DNA of 64,000 nucleotides from an uncultured bacterium (GTDB lineage Bacteria > Patescibacteriota > Gracilibacteria > Absconditabacterales > Absconditicoccaceae). Under the pieces are notes generated by a model that saw only the letters and a list, made by a program, of their open reading frames with translations, ran no database searches and was not told the DNA's origin. This document shows positions 12,412 through 22,371 of this stretch, piece by piece (position 1 is the stretch's first letter; each line of letters opens with the position of its first letter). The translations under genes were made by a program, and so were the position numbers. The DNA is taken from NCBI GenBank assembly GCA_903904875.1, contig CAIVEC010000001.1, positions 10,147 to 74,146 on the forward strand. The letters run 5' to 3'.

Positions 12412-14319
12412 TTACATACGTTCAAGAAATTTCATTCAGACCAGATTCATTCACTTTTGTAGTATTTCATGGACTTTTTTCAACAACATTATTCTCGCTA
12501 TCTTCGTTTGTTTTTCTGATTTGAGAATAATCACATTGGCGTAATAGCTGTTAAGCAATTTGGCGGTGTCTAATAAGTATCTACAGAGAAGATACGGAGC
12601 TAACTGGTCTTTTGCTTGCAGAAGCATGTCATTGAATTCAGCAAGTTTTTTTATGAGAGCGAATTCTTCCGGTTGGGTAAGTAATGAAGCAGTTGTAGTT
12701 TCATCCAAATTTTTTATAGCTCATGCATTGTCGATGATGCTTTGTACCCTTGCTCCCGCGTAAAGGATATATGCTCATGTTTCGCCTTGCATGTCTAATG
12801 CTTCGTCGATATCAAACACCAAGTCCTTGTCGATATCAGATCTCATGAGGAAGAATCTGAGCGATCCGATGGCAATGGTCTCTGCAACCTCATCCAGCCG
12901 GGTATCGTCTTTTTCCGGATTTCTTTCTTTGGATTCTCGATACGCTTTACCATGAAGCATAGTAAGCATTTCGTCCAAGGTGACGGTCCGTCATTTCCTG
13001 CTGGAAAACGGGAGTCTTTTTTCCGCCAGTTCTTCTGTGGTAAGTTTGTATCATAATTTAGTTAAGGTCTGTGGAGTAAGATAAACAACACCGTAGCCAA
13101 GCGGAAGATAATGTTTATGCTTCGCTGTATAATCTAATAAGGTGAATGTAGATTTTACAATCGTCTGTGCAGGGATTTGTCTGTTGTCGATAACGGTAAT
13201 TGCGGTGTCGTAATTTCAGAAATCATGCTTAGTCACTTTTGCATCTGGTTGTGAATTGGTGGTATACATAGTTTTACCTCTTGGATCTTCTTCGAAAATA
13301 TCGTAGCCGAAATCTTTGGAGATATAGCCAAGTTTCCAGAGTGCGAAAGCGATATCTTTTGCGATGTATGTAGCAACGCCATCGGACTTGATGAGAATCT
13401 GATATTGTTTTTCTTCTTTGGCGTATTCAGGCAGCGATGAGAGATCAAGCACTCGACATCATTTTGCTTCGCCGTCATCAACGAATTTTACGAATCATTT
13501 CTCTCTGAGCAGATCTATCGCTTCAGCGAAAAATTTGAGATGTAAGACATCCGTCTCTCGTGCGATTGCATCGAAAAACGCGTTCATCCTCCAGCACGTT
13601 CTGATCTGATCTAGCGCGCATCTTCTGGTATAGTTGAAATGAAGCTGGTTGAGATTTTCGTCTTTCCCTTCTTCTATTTTGAATAAGGTCTCTGAGAGTA
13701 TTTTTTTGAATCCTGGATCTTCGTCCTGTTTCCTCATCTCTTCGTAAATATTTCCGCAATAATGATCAAATTTTTTGTCCGTATCTAATGGATAGTCATA
13801 GAATAAATGTCCTACTATATTATAACCGACATTGACGCCGCTATCATCACCGTAGTTGAATGCGTGAACGGTATATCATAGCTCTTCATAAATCCTTCTC
13901 ATACTATCCCCTATACAGACATTTCTTGCCTGACCGATATGGAGGGGTTTATTCGGGTTGGCGTTCATATATTCTATCATCACCCTCGTCTTCGACGATC
14001 CTTTAATTCAGAATTCAGAATTCAAAATTCAGAATTCAAAAAAATCATTGATAAATGTTTTTTTGTCGATGTGTGCGTTGAGATATCCGCTGAGATGTTC
14101 GAACGAAGAAAAATAATCAGATTGTAATTTTTTTGTCAATTCTTCAGCAATCTGCTGAGGAGATTTTTTGAGGAGTTTAGAAAGTCTGAAACACGGAAAA
14201 GCAAAATCTCCCGGAATGTTTTCCGGCGGAATCTCTATCAATGCTAAAATCTCCGCCAATGGCAGATCGATATGTTTAGCTAATAATTCTGCAAAATGCT
14301 GTGTATAGAGAGTAAGCAT
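12412..14319 (-). CDS. argS: arginine--tRNA ligase
   Basis: EYMNANPNKPLHIGQARN (HIGH-type region), anticodon-binding domain, ends ...FLERM as ArgRS typically does. All five ORF-track fragments are in one frame. 1908 nt. Confidence 0.9.
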
Positions 14320-14334
14320 ATATGATGATAAATG

Positions 14335-14760
14335 CTAAAGTTCTAATTTTGGTTTCTGTCTAAATTGTTTGATCTTGCTAACAAGTTTTTTTTCTATGAT
14401 GCGCGTTTCGCGCTGTTTCTTTGGTATCTTGGTAGGGATTCTTTTTTTCGGTTCCGGAAGTATTTGTATCAATAGTTGTTTGAAATGATGGATCACTTTC
14501 TCTTTGTTCGCCACCTGCAGACGCTCTTCCTGACACGTCATAATAAGGATGCCTTCTTCGTGATGAACCATATGTCCGGCTAAATCTATGAGCCTTTGTT
14601 TTTGGGCAGGAGTGAGATAATCGGAATCGTGGATATTGAAATAGAGTTCCGCCTTGGTTTCTTTCTTGTTCACCTTCTGGCCGCCATGCCCTTTGCTTTT
14701 GGAGAAATGGAAATGGACCTCTTTCTGTAAAATAGCATTTATGATATCTTGATTATTCAT
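14335..14760 (-). CDS. arfB: alternative ribosome-rescue factor ArfB (GGQ peptidyl-tRNA hydrolase)
   Basis: 141 aa, SKSKGHGGQKVNKKET GGQ motif plus basic C-terminal tail. No TGA. Confidence 0.8.
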   Translation of the reverse strand: MNNQDIINAILQKEVHFHFSKSKGHGGQKVNKKETKAELYFNIHDSDYLTPAQKQRLIDLAGHMVHHEEGILIMTCQEERLQVANKEKVIHHFKQLLIQILPEPKKRIPTKIPKKQRETRIIEKKLVSKIKQFRQKPKLEL

Positions 14761-14900
14761 AATGTTTTGTGCTAAGTGTTAAATGTTAAGTGCTAAATGC
14801 TAAGTGTAGGAATATGTACCATTATCGACTATTGTAATTTACAATAGTTCATTAAAAGATAAATCTTTCACTTAAAACTTAAAACTTAGAATTTAAAATG
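14761..14900. repeat. intergenic hairpin element copy 2
   Basis: Arms gctaagtgttaaatgttaagtgctaaatgctaagtg / cacttaaaacttaaaacttag are complementary. Core atgtaccattatcgactattgtaatttacaatagttcattaaaag has a perfect inner hairpin ctattgta-attt-tacaatag. Confidence 0.75.
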
Positions 14901-14906
14901 GTTTTT

Positions 14907-15122
14907 TTATTGTTTCTTGTGTCTTTCTATTCTGCCTGTTTCATATCTATCGAGTTCCTGAGAGATCTGGTTTTTGGCTAGCGTTTCTCATTTTTTACCG
15001 GATTTTTTTGCACCGCTCACTGCACGTGAAAGATCTTCGACACCTAACCAAAGCGTGTTTCCTATCGTATCTGCTAAATTCGTTTTGCGTTTTTCTTCGA
15101 ATTTTTTGAGATCGGTAGTCAT
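14907..15122 (-). CDS. small hypothetical protein (71 aa)
   Basis: MTTDLKKFEEKRKTNLADTIG...; ATG to TAA, 216 nt, one TGA. No family recognised. Confidence 0.35.
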
Positions 15123-15261
15123 GCGTAATAATAGGGATAAAAACAAGAATATCTAAACTCTAAGGTATGAAAAATGATCAGAAAATCAATGATATTTTTA
15201 GTTGATATTTTTGGTTCCATTTGTATAATAAACACATAATTTTACCCTATTAGCCAATTAC

Positions 15262-16458
15262 ATGGCAAAAACAAAAAATATACTCGCTCGATGAATCATC
15301 GGTATCATTACAATGATTGGATTTACGCTCTGAGCTAAAGTCACTTTCCAACCATTATACTCTGACGTAAGATTCCAACCTTCTGACAAACTCCACGCCG
15401 GGTGCACTAATTCTGCCGACATTTTGTTTTCTCCGCAGGGACAGAAAGTGAGCAAATTTACGCTGGTACTCTATTATAATCCGCAAGATGTGGAAATCCT
15501 TCGTATCTTGCCAAGCACGACGAATGGTATAGCAAGCTCAAAAATCGAGTATGATAAAATCATCCTTGAAGTGCAGAATCCTACATTTGCTTCGTCAACG
15601 GAAACAAAATCGTTTTTTCAACTCTATTTCAAAAGTAATATCATAGGCAAAGAGATATTAACGTTAGGAACAGGTTCTGAAGTCGTTACGGCAAACAAAA
15701 CCTCTCCGCTTGCAGGAACATTTAATCTAACGTTTGAACAGGTGCCGGAATGTGAACCTGATATCGTCCCCCCAAGCATTAATTTAATTTATCCAAAAAA
15801 TACCGACGATAGGATTACCTTGGATCAATATTTTATCTTTGACATCAAGGATATCGGCAAATGAGTGGACAAAAATAGCGTCATCATAAACTTTGATGGA
15901 GACCAGTATTTCTATGGATCGGATAATCTCAAACGAAATGGAAATTATCTGACGTTCTACCCAGATAAATGGATTCCTATCGATACATCTATGGACCTCA
16001 AAATCCTTGTTGCTGACCAACAATCCTATGGATGAGCAAACAAGACGGAGAGCATGTATACCTTCCAAAGCGCTACAGGGATGATGCTCAATAAACAAAT
16101 TACGCCGATGATATTCAGAAGAATGGCGCAGGAAGCAGAGAAAATATCTGCATCAGTAGATGAATGCGGACTTCTATGAGACTTATACAACAAAGCACAA
16201 TTCAGCTATCAAGTGGATCTGAGATCTATCATGCAGAAACTTGGATGTGATGTAAATACCATAGATGCAACCTTGACTGCTCCTAAGGAAGATAAGGTGC
16301 CTGCAATGAATGCTAGCCAACAACAATACAGAAATATCTCTGTCTTTGCTACGCTTGGATGGATACTCTTCTTCATCGCATTTACCTTAAAAATACATTA
16401 TCTTCTTGCATATAGGAAACACAAAAAAATTAATGAAAAATTAAGAATTAAGAATTAA
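15262..16458 (+). CDS. membrane-anchored surface protein, cohesin-like plus Ig-like (Big_5/SbsA-type) domains
   Basis: Checked codon by codon. N-terminal TM, FTLVLYYNPQDVEILRI cohesin-like region, DIVPPSINLIYP...GKGVDKNSVIINFDG Ig-like motif, C-terminal TM. The last codons lie in the arm of element copy 3. Confidence 0.7.
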
Positions 16459-16552
16459 GAATGAATGAACTGTATATCTACAAACTATAGTAATATACAT
16501 TAGTTCATAATATAGCAAAATCCGACATTATTCATTTTTAATTAATTAGTTA
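16430..16552. repeat. intergenic hairpin element copy 3
   Basis: Arm (aattaaga)n-atgaatgaa, core ctgtatatctacaaactatagtaatatacattagttcataatatagcaaaatccgac, arm attattcatttttaattaatt. Confidence 0.7.
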
Positions 16553-16557
16553 AAGTT

Positions 16558-17046
16558 ATGGCATTTGAAATTGAAAGAAAATTTTTGGTAAAAGATATAC
16601 CCATGGATATCGAGCAATTTCCTCATAAGGAAATCATCCAATGATATTTTAATGATCCGACTACCGGCAAAAGTGTCAGAGTCAGAAAAATCTGAGATGA
16701 ATATAAAGTCACCAGAAAAAAATGACATGGACTCGTTAGAGAAGAGATAGAAGTAGCGGTCAGCAAAGAGGAATTTGATCAGTTACGATTCCAAGTAGAA
16801 AATCATTTTCTCGAAAAGACTCGTTATGAAATACCCTATAATGGTATAGCTATAGAGCTCGATGTCTATAAAAATCTTCAAGGACTCAAAACCGCTGAAG
16901 TGGAATTCGGCAGCAAAAGAGATGCGAAAAAATTTATTGTTCCTGAGCGATTCAGTGAAGAAGTAACGAGAATGAGAGAAGCGACCAACGGATATATAGC
17001 CAATCACTGACTTGCTGATGAACTGATTGAATTAATGAAAAATTAA
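16558..17046 (+). CDS. CYTH-domain protein (CyaB/ThTPase-like triphosphate tunnel enzyme)
   Basis: MAFEIERKFLV start. VPE(CGA)FSEEVT fits the family PEWF...EVT. 489 nt, checked codon by codon. Confidence 0.8.
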
Positions 17047-17160
17047 TAATGAAAAATGTATGACTTGTACACTTATAGGCTATCGTAATATACGATAGTT
17101 CATAACAAAAACAAAATCCGACATTATTCATTATTCACTATTCATTATTAATTATATTTA
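17028..17160. repeat. intergenic hairpin element copy 4
   Basis: Core ttgtacacttataggctatcgtaatatacgatagttcataac. The inner hairpin ctatcgta/tacgatag carries a compensatory C-G where copies 2 and 7 have T-A. Confidence 0.75.
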
Positions 17161-17163
17161 AGT

Positions 17164-17967
17164 TTAGAAGTTTCTGAATATTTCCTGTAATTTTTTTCTT
17201 TCTCTTTCCCCTTCCTCTTTTTCTTTGATTTCTTTTTCCAATTTTCTGAGTTCCTCTGAAGTCAAGAATATGAATTTATTGAGTTTGTCTACGACTTGCA
17301 GTTTTTTCTTCTGATCTTCCGTAAAATCCTGTATCTCATCGAATAATAAGCTATCATTTACCATCACTTCCAATGAGGATGTCTCTTCGTTGAAGGTAAA
17401 TCTCAATTCGTTGACGGTCTCTTCTTCTGTTTCCTTGTCTTGTTCGATCTTGGTGATAAAGATTGTAGGATCATCGGTCTCATCAAGCAGGAATTTATAG
17501 GAGATGAATATTTTGTCATTATCTGCTCAGAGGATATCGAATGTCTCTTCACCGCCTACTCATAACGTATCTTTGAGTTCATAGATCTTCTTTGTTGTGA
17601 AAAACAGTTCACCGAATTTCTTCTGTACGTCAGTCTGGAGTTTAGTATCTAATAAATCTTCTACCTGACTTTGTTCCAGTGATGATTGTTGTTGGATATT
17701 CTGTGCTTCTTCTTCAGCAAAATCTTCAATAACATGTTTTTGTCCACGAAGGTGGGCTTCTGGAATATATATGGGTTCCTGTGTTTCAGGTATCTTATTA
17801 AATTGATATTTTTTTTCCAACATATCGCCATATGGAAGATCTTCTTCCTCGGGAGTCGCCTCAGGAATTGTAGAGAATATATCTTCTCACGCAAAAATAT
17901 CATCAGTATATCACTGGTGTCCTTGTTGTTGCGGATTGGTTCATTGGATAGGATCGGTCATACTCAT
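17164..17967 (-). CDS. acidic hypothetical protein with C-terminal coiled coil
   Basis: Two ORF-track fragments share one frame, and 17407-17562 was checked. MSMTDPIQG... 804 nt. Confidence 0.6.
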
Positions 17968-18375
17968 TAGCTTAAAGATTAAAGCTTGAAGCTTAAAGCT
18001 TTTTGCTTTTGGCTTATAGTAATTATATCCAGATTCTGTAATTTTGCAAATTTCCGAAGGGGAAATTTATAAGTCCTTTATCTACGTAAAGAACAAACGC
18101 TCCGTAAAGGACAAACAAATTTTAGATAGTTTTAAAGCGGTAGAAATCCATAATTCACTCTTAGACGTCATTCCGGCAGTAAGTTTTGCAGCCGAAATCC
18201 ATACTAAAATGCTCTTTAGTTTCTATGGTTATGGATTCCCGCTTTCGCGAGAATGACGCTGAAACGAGAGAGATGGATTCCGGATTATATCTTTTTTTAA
18301 GAGAAAATGCTTGTATTTTAGTAGCCATTCTATAATATGTATTCTGTCAATTCTTTATTTTGTTTTTTTGGGTAC

Positions 18376-18726
18376 ATGTCAGAAGACAACACTATTATCA
18401 GCCAGACAAAACTCTTTGTCGGTGGGCTAAATTGGAAATTGAGATGAAAAGATCTCAGAGAAGAATTCTCAAAGTTCGGAGAAGTCGCTTTCGCTAGAGT
18501 GAAGCTCGATCAAGAGACAAACAAGAGCAGAGGGTTCGGTTTCGTAGAATTCGTTAATCCAGAAGATGCTGCTAAAGCGCAGAAAGCAATGGATGGACAG
18601 GAAATCATGTGAAGAGCGGTAAAAGTCGATTTCGCTAAAGAGAATCCTGATAGGATACAGGCGAGAGAAGATGCCATTGCAGGAAAAGCCAAAGAAGAAG
18701 ATCCAAACGAGATACCGGAATTCTAA
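18376..18726 (+). CDS. RRM-domain RNA-binding protein
   Basis: KLFVGGLNWKL (RNP2) and SRGFGFVEF (RNP1). 351 nt. Confidence 0.85.
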
Positions 18727-18748
18727 TCACTATATGATTTCTATAAAA

Positions 18749-18784
18749 GACACGCGACAACCTTTGGTGAGCGTGTTTTTTTTA
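18749..18784 (+). terminator. intrinsic terminator
   Basis: gacacgc...gcgtgt hairpin followed by a run of 9 T. Confidence 0.7.
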
Positions 18785-18965
18785 TTTTCGCTTGAAAACA
18801 CGGTGAATACTAATAGTCTGAAATAGACTGCAGGGCCCGTACGTAAGGGGAGGAATATTACTTCCTATCTATCTCATGGGAGCCACAAAGTTGAGTCTCG
18901 TATTCAACGGAGCTACCCACTTCTAAGTCTTTAGGAGAACTACTCGCCTTCTACGACCATGTGGT

Positions 18966-19438
18966 CACTTAAAACGCTTAATCGCTCAAACGACAAAACG
19001 AAAAAACGATGTGTTTTAGCTTATTAATGTATTAAACATGCAATTTGAAGAACTAAATATGTGGCAAGATTCTCAGGAAGTATATTTCAAATTAGCACAA
19101 ATTTTTAACAAAGAAATATTTAAAGATTATTTTTTTAGAGATCAAATATTAAGAGCTGCTTTAAGTATTTCCAATAATATAGCTGAATGATTTGAAAGAG
19201 AAACAAATAACGAATTAAGAAGGTTTCTTTATATAGCTAAATGAAGCTGTGGGGAAGTTAGAAGTATGCTTAATTTGGCTTATAAAAACGATTATATAGA
19301 CAAAAAGCTATTTGAAGAATTAGCAGATAAAGCGAAACACATAAGCATTATGATATATAAGTACATTGAAAAACTAAAATAATTAAGAAACGTCGTTTAA
19401 TCGTTTAATCGTTTCAACGTTTAGTCGTTTAGTCGAAT
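18966..19438. mobile_element. IVS-like element: long imperfect inverted arms enclosing a four-helix-bundle ORF
   Basis: Left arm cttaaaacgcttaatcgctcaaacgacaaaacgaaaaaacg and right arm cgtcgtttaatcgtttaatcgtttcaacgtttagtcgtttagtcg are built from complementary aaacga/tcgttt words. Confidence 0.5.
19038..19382 (+). CDS. four-helix-bundle protein (23S rRNA intervening-sequence protein family)
   Basis: ...ISNNIAE(G)FERETNNELRRFLYIAK(G)SCGEVRSML, the family signature. 345 nt. Confidence 0.85.
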
Positions 19439-19441
19439 TTC

Positions 19442-19753
19442 ATGAAAAAAATAAATGAGTCATTCATATGCATCAACTGTTGAAAAGAGGTTTCCCAGGC
19501 TGCCAGAACCTGTAGGAATCATTGTCCGTATTGTTTTGTTTCCTTGCATGTAGACGAGAAAATACCGTGAGACAGGAAAACTACCTGCGGCGGAAAGATG
19601 TATCCCACCGCGTATGAAATCAGGAACTGACAATTGAAGATATGTTTCCAATGCAAGGAATGCGGAAAAATTCATCGGAATAAAAGAGCAGATGACGACC
19701 ACGTTGAAAAGTTAGATGAGTATATCAAACAATATAAGGAAATACTCTATTAA
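19442..19753 (+). CDS. RNHCP-domain zinc-ribbon protein
   Basis: FICINCGKEVSQAARTCRNHCPYCFVSLHVD...CFQCKECG. 312 nt. Confidence 0.8.
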
Positions 19754-19905
19754 CTAAATAATTTTGAATGCTAAATGCTAAATGTTGAATGATGGTTTTT
19801 GTCTTATTATGAACTATAGCTACACCATGTGATGGTAATAATAGTCCATGATAATACATATCCTACATTCAAAATTCAACATTCAAAATTTAAAATTATA
19901 TTTAA
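19754..19905. repeat. intergenic hairpin element copy 5 (core in opposite orientation, longer)
   Basis: Arms ttgaatgctaaatgctaaatgttgaatg / cattcaaaattcaacattcaaaat are complementary. Core contains ttattatgaactatagc. Confidence 0.65.
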
Positions 19906-20901
19906 TTAGGCGGCTTGTGCCGTTGGTGCTTTCTTCGACAATATTTCTTCAAAATATCCTGCTATGGTAGGATTTTCTTTTTTTACGGCGATTATGATCT
20001 GATCGATATTATCTCATTTCTTATTCTTTTTTCCTCGCTCCAGGATACTTTCTTCACTGGCTTTTCAACCTAGCACTTTTTCATAATCCTTGATATATTC
20101 TTTCTTGAACGTATCATCCATGGTTTTCCAGGAAAGGTTTTCCTGATCTGCTTGGTCTTTTGCTTCGGTTTCTTCTTTGTTCTTTTTCTTTATTTCGTCG
20201 ATGGAGTTCTGTTTATTATTTCAGGATGCCGGAGGATTATCGGATGGCGTTGATGGCGGAGTGGAATCTGGTTTTTTGTCAGATGATTGGTCTGGTTTTT
20301 CTTCTGATTTCTTTTCCTTCGTTCCTCAGGATACATCTTCGTTTTTTGGAATTTCTGCTTTAGGTGTTTCGCTTTCTGCGGGAGTTGAAGATCATCATGT
20401 CGCACCAAGGAATCCGAAACTTTTTTCTTGGATCTGATTGACCCAAGTATCTCATCCTGTTTCATGCGTATCATAGGTTTGGAAATCGAATCCTTTCTTT
20501 TTGCTGAATATCCTCGTAGCGTTCCGCATTCATTTGAACATCTTGCCTGGCGTATATAAGAGCTTTTTGAATGGCTGTCGGATTCACTGATTAAGTGCGC
20601 TTGCCATACCGGCACCTGCTATCATTACTGGTCTTCGTGTCACTGCAGAAGCTAAATTCATTGAACCTTTAAGAAATCTCTGATACCATTTCCCTTGTAC
20701 TTTGGAAAAATTGAGAAAATTATGAACTAAAGCATTTCCTGTTTGTTTGGTGACTTCTGCAATATTTTTGAGCCCGCTTATTCATTGTCTAGGAATATTT
20801 GCTCAAGCATTTAAAATCTCTCCTCATCGTCTGACAGGGGTTGCTATCGTATTTCCTACTCTCAATCACGCAGTACTGACTCATTGTTTAATTTTTCCCA
20901 T
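19906..20901 (-). CDS. hypothetical protein (331 aa) with low-complexity Ser/Pro/Lys linker
   Basis: Every codon checked: no TAA or TAG, about 15 TGA, 996 nt. The 141-aa ORF-track entry 20190..20615 is a different frame. Confidence 0.6.
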
Positions 20902-21037
20902 GGTTCATGGCTATAAATAAACACCTATATTATACTTGTTTTAAAAAAATTGTCAAATATTGCTTTATGGTTGAATTGAGCGACTAAAAAGCTAATTTTA
21001 CCCCAACAACCAGTTTTTAGTTGTTAGTTATAAAGCA

Positions 21038-22081
21038 ATGGATTTAGCTTCATTCAAGACTACGTTTGACGGCATTCTGCAGACCTACATCCAAGCCAAG
21101 ATAGAGCAAGCGCAAGCGCTTATCAGCGATAAAAAAATCAATAAATTCATCGACTATATCAACACGTTTATTTTTTCCGGCGGGAAGAGAATCAGGCCGT
21201 TCGGACTACGAATTGTCTATAAATGATTTGGCGGTGAGAATGAAAAGGCGATTCTGAATTTCGGGATCATCTTTGAACTCCTCCACTCCATGGCGCTCAT
21301 TCATGACGATATCATCGATCAAGCAGAGAAAAGACATAACGCGCCCACGGTACATTCGTTCATCCAATCAACCTTAAGTGGCGTTAATGCAAAGCATATC
21401 GCGGAAGGACAAGCTATCCTGCTTGGTGATCTATTGCTTTCTCGAGTTTATGAGCTTCGATACCAACAACATGATTTCCAAGAAAATCTGCTCCGGGAAG
21501 CGAGAAAAAATGTTCACAGCATGATTGAAGAAGTGATTCTCTGACAAATGATTGACGTTGATATGATGATTTCCGAACCTGCTTCCTTGACCTTGATCGA
21601 TAAAAAAAATATGTATAAAACCGCTTCCTATACATTCATCAGACCTATGCTCACCTGAGCCATTTTAGCTGATGCCCCAGAAGAACAAAAACAGCTTATC
21701 ATAGAGCTTGGAAAATATATGGGACTCGCATTCCAGATGAGAGATGATTACCTCGATATCATAGGCGGCGACAAAACCAAGTCCACATTCAGCGATATCC
21801 AGGAAGGACAGCAGACATATTTCACCAATTATATTGTTGAAAAGTGAACCACAGACCAGCAAAAACTTTTGAAATCCTGCATGAGCAAATCGCTCAATGA
21901 TAAACAGATCAAAGCTTTGCAAGTTATGTTCCACGATAGTGGAGCGATAGATTTCTGAAAAAAAATGATTCTCGAATGCAGCCAAAAAGCCAGAGACATT
22001 TTGGCAGAAACCCAGCTCAACGAAGAAGCTAAAAACGGCATCCTCGCGTTGATCAAGAAGATGGAGAAGCTCGAGCACTAA
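21038..22081 (+). CDS. polyprenyl diphosphate synthase (trans-isoprenyl diphosphate synthase)
   Basis: LIHDDIIDQAEKRH and FQMRDDYLD aspartate-rich motifs. 1044 nt. Confidence 0.9.
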
Positions 22082-22095
22082 AATCCTCACTCGAT

Positions 22096-22200
22096 ATTTT
22101 GTGATAAAGTAACTTTCCTCACCCCCTTTATCCCCCTCTCCTTCAGAGAAGGGGATGATTACTACTCCCTCTCTGAAGGAGAGGGTTGGGGTGAGGACAT
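22096..22200. repeat. REP-like imperfect palindrome of about 95 bp (second copy at 60690-60800)
   Basis: cctcaccccctttatccccctctccttcagaga...ctctctgaaggagagggttggggtgagg. About 85% identical to the 60.7-kb copy by eye. Confidence 0.7.
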
Positions 22201-22371
22201 ATTTCATTGATTTTCTCAATGATTTCCTTAGTACATACGTAGCAAAACAAAAACATAATATACCCTAACATCAAGCCTTATCATCAGGCTATTTTTTGCT
22301 AGGTCCAGTCGATTTTTCCGTCAAATAAAAATAAAAATAATAATAAAAACTAAAAAAGAAAGGTCATTAAA

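Noticed and set aside
18790-18965. tmRNA, RNase P RNA or SRP RNA
   Set aside because: None of the signature sequences is present (tRNA-like GGTTCGA end with tag ORF; GAGGAAAGTCC; the SRP GGAA/AGCA domain). Kept only as an unclassified structured region.
20190-20615. 141-aa minus-strand ORF-track entry
   Set aside because: It is a different frame of the 19906..20901 gene. The frame I verified runs 332 codons from ATG to TAA with only TGA inside.
21665-22219. 184-aa minus-strand ORF
   Set aside because: It is antisense to the polyprenyl synthase gene, which has both DDxxD motifs, and it runs into the REP palindrome.
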